DNA of 8,521 nucleotides, taken from NCBI RefSeq assembly GCF_006345805.1, contig NW_021828427.1, positions 1-8,521 of the forward strand, given 5' to 3'. Made by a program: the position numbers and the translations under genes. Position 1 is the stretch's first letter; each line of letters begins with the position of its first letter. This document shows positions 1-6,867 of this stretch, piece by piece. The notes under the pieces were generated by a model. The model did no database searches. It saw nothing but the letters and a program-made list of their open reading frames with translations, and was not told where the DNA came from. This DNA comes from Octopus sinensis (lineage: Eukaryota).

Positions 1-69
1 GAAGAAGAAGAAGAAGAAGAAGAAGAAGAAGAAGAAGAAGAAGAAGAAGAAGAAGAAGAAGAAGAAGAA
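1..69. repeat. (GAA)23 microsatellite, truncated by the window start
   Basis: Perfect GAA units from base 1 to 69. Confidence 0.98.
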
Positions 70-485
70 AGAAAGTGCCTAGTCAAACGTTGGGAGTGAA
101 ATAATAAGCAATGGCGCTCACGCTTTCCAAAGACTTGGAACAAACATATGAGCAAATCCATTGATAACATTGGAGAAAGAAAAACAAAAACAAAACCAAA
201 ATGGGAAAAGAATATATATTCGGACGCTTAAATATTTGTCTTTCGCTCTTCTCTCTGCATAAAACAACATCAACAAAGTCGATAATGAAACAAGGTAGTT
301 TCACTTTCAACAATTGGCAGAAATTTTCAAGTGTTTTGTCGCTCATTTAAACCAAAGACAGGGTTAAGTAAACAGTTTTAGCGTTCCGTTGACACGAACC
401 CTGTTGAAGTATCTCTTGCACTCGAACCTCACCCCTGTGGCCCAGACCTCTTGTCTAGCAGTCAGTTATTAGTTAAAGCACAATA

Positions 486-536
486 CTTTCTTTCTTTCTT
501 TCATTCTTTCTTACTATCTCTCTTTCCTTTATTTTT

Positions 537-571
<35 letters not shown>
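486..571. repeat. Interrupted (CTTT)n tetranucleotide repeat
   Basis: Two CTTT runs separated by a degenerate pyrimidine-rich stretch. Confidence 0.9.
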
Positions 572-679
572 ATTTTCGAAGCAGGACTTACTAAAGGAAA
601 AAAAAAAAAGCAAGAAAGAATTTCTCTTTGATGCCACATCTTGAGACACGCGATTAACTAGATGTAGTTAAAATAGGCA

Positions 680-680
<1 letters not shown>

Positions 681-731
<51 letters not shown>

Positions 732-1130
732 AACACACACACACAAACACACACACACACACACACACAAACACGCACACACATGTATATATACACCACT
801 CTACACACAATTGTATATATATATATATATATACACACACACTATATATATACATATATACCTATATATGTATATGTACGTATATATATATATATACATA
901 CGTATGTATATATACATAATCTATCTATCTATTTATCTATGTATATGTATAATAATTATGTATACATATACATATGCATATGTATTCATATACATATGCA
1001 ATATATATATATTCATATATATACATACATATACATACATATACATACATATATACATCTATATCTATATCTATCAATCAAATCTATCTGTCTAGCTTAT
1101 ATCTACCTATCTATCTATATGTATATATAT

Positions 1131-1160
<30 letters not shown>
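681..1160. repeat. Compound microsatellite: (AC)n, then (AT)n/(ATAC)n/(ATCT)n
   Basis: Read directly; source of the Y/I/H/C/V-rich ORFs at 658-1142. Confidence 0.95.
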
Positions 1161-1162
<2 letters not shown>

Positions 1163-1217
1163 AAGAGAGAAAGAGAAAGAGACAAATCAACAAGAAAATG
1201 GCATGTACTGCATATAC

Positions 1218-1218
<1 letters not shown>

Positions 1219-1272
<54 letters not shown>

Positions 1273-1336
1273 TAATAATAATGACAACAATAACACCCAT
1301 ATTTATTATTACCAGCATCATCATCATCATCATCAT
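1219..1336. repeat. (AAT)n followed by short (CAT)n
   Basis: Read directly; gives the poly-N/poly-H and poly-L/poly-Y ORFs. Confidence 0.95.
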
Positions 1337-1548
1337 TACCGTGTATTAGATTAATCCACTCCACACACTTCTTCTGTCTGTTTTGTTGTTGTTTTTTTTT
1401 AACGTTTCTTTCTTCGTCTCCATTTTGAATAGTTTTCCCCTATCACTTATGCATGCAGTGAAAGATCTTTTGTACTGAGGATTGAATCAAATTTACCATC
1501 TTTTTACATCTCTCTGCCAGATGTGTGGATTCTCTCCCCTTATTACAA

Positions 1549-1587
1549 CACACACACACACACACATACATGCACAAACATATACAT

Positions 1588-1652
<65 letters not shown>

Positions 1653-1778
1653 TGTATGTGCATGTATGTATATATGCATATATATGTATATATATATGTA
1701 CGTATATATGTATATATATGTGCATATATATATATGTATATATATGTATATATGAGTATATGTATATCTATCTATCTA

Positions 1779-1809
<31 letters not shown>

Positions 1810-1843
1810 GTATATATATGTGCGTGTGTGTGTGTGTGTGTAT
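1549..1843. repeat. Compound (CA)n/(CATA)n/(TA)n/(TGTA)n/(CT)n/(TG)n microsatellite containing a 106-bp near-palindrome
   Basis: Read directly; 1564-1669 folds back on itself with 48 of 53 Watson-Crick pairs by hand count. Confidence 0.93.
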
Positions 1844-2136
1844 ACAGTTGTTTATTTATTTCTGCAGTCTTTATGTATTTATTTATGCATTATTTATACA
1901 TTTTTACAATTTCTTTTTGTTTTTTTTTTGTATTATTTACTTCTTCGTTTGTTTATACTATTTTTTTTTATTTTAAATTTTTTTTTTTTTTGACATTCAA
2001 CAGTTTACTTTTTCTTCTGATTTCCTCTTCTTGGGAAAAAATACTTCCAACAGCTTAATGTAAAATGCTGCAGTTAACGAATAGCAGTTCGAATTCGTTT
2101 TACATGTTTTTAACAGATTGGGATGAGTTTTGAGAT

Positions 2137-2257
2137 GGGAGGGGAGGGAGGGGAGGGGAGGGAGGGGAGGGGAGGGGGAGGGATGGGATGTGGTGCGATG
2201 GGATGGGTCGGGTCGGGGGATGCGTTGCGGAATTAGGGGTGGTGGGGTGAGTAGGGT
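2137..2257 (+). repeat. G-rich tract, (GGGA/GGGGA)n then GGGAT/GGGTC; G-quadruplex/H-DNA prone
   Basis: Pure purine run 2137-2183 made of G3-G5 tracts with single-A spacers; further G3/G4 runs to 2257. Confidence 0.85.
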
Positions 2258-2362
2258 GGCAAAAAAAAAAAGTGGAAATAAAATGGAATGAAATGCAATA
2301 CAATAGACATCAAACGGATTCATGCTGTATTTAAAGAGATTGAGAAAACGAGAAAAGGGTGG

Positions 2363-2386
2363 GAGAGAGAGAGAGAGAGAGAGAGA
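2363..2386. repeat. (GA)n microsatellite
   Basis: Read directly. Confidence 0.95.
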
Positions 2387-2465
2387 AAGAAGAAAGAAGT
2401 AGAGAGAGTAATAATATACTAAGGTGCCTCATTTCAGAGTATTTGCGTGATTTATATTGCACTTG

Positions 2466-2507
2466 TCGTTATCGTCGTCATCATCGTCGTCGTCGTCGTC
2501 GTCGTCG

Positions 2508-2588
<81 letters not shown>

Positions 2589-2594
2589 TCATCG

Positions 2595-2629
<35 letters not shown>

Positions 2630-3036
2630 TATCGCCACCGCCATTATCATCCTTATCTGCATTATCATGATCATCATTTCCACGACCACGACCACCACCA
2701 CCACGACCACCACCACCACCAACATAGCCATCATTGACTTCCACCTCCTCTTCCTCCTCGTCCTCATCTTCGTTATCATTATCATCATCATTACAACCAC
2801 CGTCTTTGTCATTATAATCATCACCATCATTGTCATTATCATCATCATCGTTATCCTCATCCTCATCATCGCTACCGTAATCCTATTCGTCGTCACCATT
2901 ATCATCATCATCATCATCATCATCATCATTGTAATCGGCTTCATGTTATTATTACAATAGATAACAGAAGGAAGGTAAAGTATGACCATCATCATCATCA
3001 CCATCCTCATAACCATCTTCATCTAATATCTTCACC

Positions 3037-3070
<34 letters not shown>

Positions 3071-3318
3071 TCGTCGTCGTCGTTGTCATCATTATCATCA
3101 CCATCGTCGTCTTCATCATCTTCAGCATCGTCATCATCGTCATCATCATCGTCGTCGTCGTCATCATCATCATCATCATCATCGTCGTCGTCGTCATCAT
3201 CATCATCATTATCATCATCATCATCATCGTCGTCGTCGTCGTCGTCATTATCATCGCCATCATCATCTTCATCACACTTCATCATCATCATCGTCATCAT
3301 CATCATCATCATCACTAC

Positions 3319-3349
<31 letters not shown>

Positions 3350-3432
3350 GTCATCATCGTCATCATTATCATCGTCATCATCATCGTCGTCATCATCATC
3401 ATCGTCGTCGTCGTCATCATCATCATCATCAT

Positions 3433-3469
<37 letters not shown>

Positions 3470-3484
3470 CCATCATCGTCATCA
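2466..3484. repeat. About 1 kb compound trinucleotide array (CAT/CGT/CAC/CTT/TAT variants)
   Basis: Read directly; source of the poly-H/S/I/D/M ORFs between 2359 and 3697. Confidence 0.95.
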
Positions 3485-3545
3485 TTTTCTACTTTTTCTT
3501 TTCTTCTGCCTCCTCCTTCTACCACCGTCACAAGCACCAGTGCCA

Positions 3546-3601
3546 TAACAATAACAGCAACAACAACAACAACTACTACTACTACTACTAACTACTACTA
3601 C

Positions 3602-3651
<50 letters not shown>

Positions 3652-3694
3652 TAACAACAATAACAATAATAAAACCTCTACTCCAACTACTACA

Positions 3695-3760
<66 letters not shown>

Positions 3761-3775
3761 CAGCAGCAGTAGTAG
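3546..3775. repeat. Compound (AAC)n/(ACT)n/(AAT)n then (TAG)n/(CAG)3
   Basis: Read directly. Confidence 0.95.
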
Positions 3776-3973
3776 AAACTGGATAATGCTAGGCAAAATA
3801 TATAATGTATCTACTATTTAAAGTTTCCTCTCGCGTTACGTTATCTCGTTTCGAATGATATCAAATTCAGCCATTCTTCGATTTCCTTCTTAGATTGTTG
3901 TTGGGTGGAATCCAATAAATTCGAAATACGAACGCTACTCTGGTGTAATGCCAACCCACCTGAGAACACGCAC

Positions 3974-4045
3974 GCGAAATTTTTTTCCCACGAGAGTTCC
4001 GGAGCCGAGTTATCAACTCATTTGCATATAGCCAGTCAGAGCTCA
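3974..4045 (-). repeat. Left arm of an inverted repeat carrying octamer (ATTTGCAT 4020-4027), TTCCCACG (3985-3992) and AGCCAGTCAG (4030-4039)
   Basis: Reverse complement aligns to 4449-4521 at 65 of 73 columns by hand alignment. Confidence 0.92.
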
Positions 4046-4448
4046 ACTATCAAACTAATTTATTATGAGTGCATAACAGGTGATGGGCGATAAGATAAGG
4101 TCATTTAGGTAAGGAATGACCCTGGTTCTTTTCTGTTTCAATAATGCTTCTTGATCTTGTTCTTGTTTCAACCATGGCTATCTCTGCGTAGTTATTTGTG
4201 TTGTTGTTTACTTTGTAAAACAGTAAGGGGAGAGGGTTGTTGGCGCATCACTCTCTACCCACATTTTCCCCATTCACATCTCTACCATATGGGGCCCCAA
4301 CGAAATCCGATAGTTGGTATAGATGCAAATCTATCTAATTGTCTCCTAAAATAAGGCATATCTTGGCGATCGGTCGACTTACAGCACCATTCTTCGTCTT
4401 CAGTTTACTTGGTAGAATGTGTTTGTTAACTTGACAAGAAGGTCAAGG

Positions 4449-4521
4449 TGAGCTCTGACTGGCTGTATGCAAATGAGTTCATTATTGGGGTCCGGAACTC
4501 TCGTGGGAAAAAGAAATTCGC
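4449..4521 (+). repeat. Right arm of the inverted repeat carrying octamer (ATGCAAAT 4467-4474) and CGTGGGAA (4502-4509)
   Basis: Blocks of 30/31 and 17/17 identity with the left arm, separated by an 11-nt spacer with only 6/11 identity. Confidence 0.92.
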
Positions 4522-4702
4522 AGCCCGCACATATACAGGCGTGGGGAGTAGAGGCTATTTTAACGGTTCAAGAATTTAAGTTGTATTATGTTTAATATAC
4601 CTGTATTTGTCTATAGTGTTCAAATACGGTCCGCTGGTCACTTTGGATTATTTCGCTTAGTTCGTTGCTTAGGCTATAAATGAGTTCAAAATTATCTTTG
4701 TA

Positions 4703-4880
4703 GGCGCAGGCGTGGCTGAGTGGTAAGAAGCTTGCTTCACACAACCACATGGTTCTGGCTTCAGTCGCACTGCGTGGCACCTCGAGCAACTGTCTTCTAC
4801 TATAAAACTATAGCCTGGGGTCCATGGAAACTTTGTGAGTGGATTTGGTAGACAGAAACTAAGAGAAGCCCGTTGTTTGT
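4703..4880 (+). mobile_element. tRNA-derived CORE-type SINE, 5' half, ending in its internal (TA)n tract
   Basis: A-box TGGCTGAGTGG 4713-4723; degenerate B-box region GCTTCAGTCGC 4758-4768; CORE-like CACCTCGAGCAACTGTCTTC (cf. CCTTGGGCAAGT) follows. Resembles an abundant octopus SINE recalled from memory; family name unverified. Confidence 0.8.
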
Positions 4881-4886
4881 GTATAG

Positions 4887-4925
<39 letters not shown>

Positions 4926-4935
4926 ATATATTATA

Positions 4936-5176
4936 CTGGGTTAACCAAAAGTCATCCGACAGTAAATCAAAATTCCACAAATCCTTAAATAAATACTTAA
5001 TATTCAATTTTATTTATTCATTCTAATTATGAATGTCTAATAATTGAATGCTGTGAGTTAAAATCACGGTTTATTTTTCAACATTTGTCTATAAGCGAAG
5101 TCTCATATGAAATAATTTTTTTTTTTAATCTTGGAATCGAATAGATTTACTGTCAGGTGACTTTTGGCCAACACTG
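4936..5176. mobile_element. 241-bp non-autonomous Tc1/mariner-type MITE
   Basis: 33-bp TIRs (4936-4968 and 5144-5176) match 27/33; TA on both outer sides (4934-4935, 5177-5178). Right TIR reads CAGTGTTGGCCAAAAG inward, close to the Tc1 terminus CAGTGCTGGCCAAAAAG. AT-rich interior without transposase. Confidence 0.85.
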
Positions 5177-5179
5177 TAA

Positions 5180-5221
<42 letters not shown>

Positions 5222-5224
<3 letters not shown>

Positions 5225-5360
5225 AGCAATCTCAAGATTAATCAGCCGAAATTGCGAGGATGATCCGGTTCTTGACTGAAGATTAGAGGCTTCGAATTTT
5301 GTCCGTTTTTTTGTATCGTCTATTTAATGTTTTGCGTTCTTGTCCCATTTTGTATTTTTT
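5222..5360 (+). other. Short (TA)n-flanked segment containing hammerhead-like core pieces, degenerate; possibly Penelope-like-element derived
   Basis: GCAATC|TCAAGA (5226-5237), GAAATTGC (5248-5255), TCTTGA-CTGAAGA (5270-5282), then a T-rich tail. Not a canonical fold. Confidence 0.35.
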
Positions 5361-5413
5361 TATATATATTTTTATACATATATATATATATATGTATATC
5401 AGGTGGTGCTATT

Positions 5414-5461
5414 AAGTTAGACATGGCCTGGACCAATCATTGGTCGAAACATATCTAAGTT
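5414..5461 (+). other. Degenerate hammerhead-like hairpin module
   Basis: CTG, then GACCAAT-C-ATTGGTC palindrome (5431-5445), then GAAAC-ATAT; core lacks ANGA. Confidence 0.3.
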
Positions 5462-5490
5462 TATATATATATATATATATACACACACAA

Positions 5491-5521
<31 letters not shown>

Positions 5522-5541
5522 ACACACACATATATATATAC

Positions 5542-5576
<35 letters not shown>

Positions 5577-5590
5577 GTATGTGTGTGTGT

Positions 5591-5674
5591 GGAGGCGCAA
5601 TGGCCAAGCGGTTAGGGCAGCGGACTCGCGGTCGGAGGATCGCGGTTTCGATTCCCAGACTGGGCGTTGTGTGT
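5591..5674 (+). mobile_element. tRNA-derived SINE head (second family), 3'-truncated
   Basis: Perfect A-box TGGCCAAGCGG 5601-5611; B-box GTTTCGATTCC 5645-5655 (one mismatch); D-stem GCC/GGC present, but T-stem and acceptor stem do not pair. Confidence 0.82.
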
Positions 5675-5810
5675 CCCCAGGACTTATTCTTGGTAAGCCT
5701 AGTACTTATACTATCGGTTTCTCTTCCCGAACCGCTAAGTGACAGGGACGTAAACACACCAGCGTATGTTGTCAAGCAACGTTGGGGGGACAAACACAGA
5801 CACACAAACA
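5675..5810 (-). mobile_element. 3' body fragment of the same SINE family as 4703-4880, in reverse orientation
   Basis: Minus strand reads TGTTTGTGTGTCTGTGTTTGTCCCCCCAAC...GGTGTGTTTACGTCC...CTTAGCGGTTCGG...GATAGTATAAGTACTAGGCTTAC...AATAAGTCCTGGGG, matching the post-microsatellite half of that SINE as recalled; not database-checked. Confidence 0.7.
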
Positions 5811-5869
5811 TATACATATACACACGTGCGCGCGCGTGCACACACACTCATATATATATATGTATATAT

Positions 5870-5934
5870 TGGTAAAACGGTAAGATAACAAAAGAAAGAA
5901 AGAGACCTCAATATTATGTAAATAGAGGAAATTT
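5870..5934. repeat. Short non-microsatellite island between (TA)n tracts, probably a fragment of a dispersed repeat
   Basis: Purine-rich 65-bp island flanked by TA tracts. It resembles a recurring octopus repeat from memory only. Confidence 0.3.
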
Positions 5935-6013
5935 ATATATATATATATATATATTATAATATAATATAATATATATATATATATATACTCCTGAAGTTAG
6001 CGGTTATTGGCTA

Positions 6014-6139
6014 ACCCTTCAGGGATCGATAAAATGAGGTACCCGTCAATTACTAGTCGGAGGTTTTCGATGCATTCGACTAAAATAAATCCGCATCAAA
6101 TTTCAAGCAGTGTACAAATCGTATAAATTGTTATTATTA
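6014..6139 (+). mobile_element. Old 5'-truncated SINE fragment (CORE-like 3' segment plus tail) ending in a short degenerate (ATT)n
   Basis: CCTTCAGGGATCGATAAAATGAGGTACC resembles the CCTTCCGGGGTCGATAAAATGAGTACC segment of invertebrate SINEs, followed by TCGATGCATTCGACTA and ATTGTTATTATTA (6127-6139). Confidence 0.55.
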
Positions 6140-6806
6140 CTCAGTAGTTTTATTTTTATCACGTGCTTTCACTGCGCTCCTGAGTGCAGCACTGTGTGCC
6201 TTGGGTATGTGCTGTGGTTTGCTGTGATGCTCTTATGGTTACTGTATTGAAAGTGTTTTGCGTAGGATGTGTGCAGTTCCCTGTTGTGCAATTTTTCTGT
6301 ATGTTATATATATTTGTAAGTCCTGGTGCTTTTATGTATATGTCTGAATTTTTTTTATCATACCTAATGCGCCAACTATGATAGGAATTGTTTCTGTTTT
6401 TAGACTCCACGTTCGAGTTACCTCTATTTCCAAGTCTTTGTATTTTGATAGTTTCTCCATTTCTTTTAGAGAAACTTTGTTCTCTGTTGGTATTAATACA
6501 TCGATTAGAAAACATCTTTTTTCTTGGTGGTCTCTGACAACTATATCCAGCCTGTTGGCCTTAATTTCTCTGTGTGTATTGGCATATCCTAGAGTATGGT
6601 TGCTTTCTCATTTTCTGTGACCTTTTCTGGCATGTGCTTATACCATCTTTTTTCTGTTGTTATTCCATAGTGTTGGCATAACTTCCAGTGTATGTATGTC
6701 CCAACTCTGTCGTGTCTGTGAATAGATTCCATCTTAGCCAGGACTGGGCAGCCAGAGACAATATGGTTTACTGTTTCTTGTTCATCTCCACATATTCTGC
6801 AGTTAT

Positions 6807-6867
6807 ATGATTTTGATGATTTTTCCAGTTTCAGCTAATGAGCTGTGGCCATGCTGGGGCACCGCCA
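6807..6867 (-). mobile_element. 61-bp 5'-truncated retroposon (SINE-type 3' tail) inserted in the LINE ORF
   Basis: Minus strand GGCGGTGCCCCAGCATGGCCACAGCTCATTAGCTGAAACTGGAAAAATCATCAAAATCAT. Flanked by TAT at 6804-6806 and 6868-6870; removing it plus one TAT restores in-frame KRNATNNCRIC. Confidence 0.8.

Noticed and set aside
83-346. 87-aa minus-strand ORF in unique sequence
   Set aside because: No recognisable motif and no convincing splice context; length is within chance.
405-462. Possible A/B-box pair on the minus strand (TAGACAAGAGG ... GGTTCGAGTGC)
   Set aside because: Both boxes are mismatched, the spacing is too short (about 18 nt), and there is no cloverleaf.
658-3796. Many long low-complexity ORFs (poly-H, D, S, I, M, N, YI)
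   Set aside because: They are translations of microsatellites, open on both strands in several frames, with no recognisable domain.
3905-4354. ORFs 3905-4093 and 4151-4354, and a donor-like AG|GTAAGG at 4107-4114, as possible exons
   Set aside because: Translations are unrecognisable, no matching acceptor and frame were found, and a lone donor motif is common.
3985-4509. Su(H) paired site (SPS)
   Set aside because: An SPS needs two opposed CSL sites about 15-17 bp apart; these are about 510 bp apart.
3818-4678. Kolobok-type element bounded by TTAA|AG ... CT|ATAA
   Set aside because: The putative TIRs agree only at the terminal AG, and one TTAA would have to be mutated.
3780-4700. A known snRNA or other Pol III gene (U1, U2, U4, U5, U6, U7, 7SK, tRNA-Sec) next to the octamer modules
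   Set aside because: None of their characteristic 5' sequences could be seen on either strand; ACTCTGGT at 3937 matches U5 only briefly.
5594-5666. Functional tRNA gene
   Set aside because: Acceptor and T stems do not pair and the anticodon stem is broken; only promoter boxes and D-stem remain, as expected of a SINE head.
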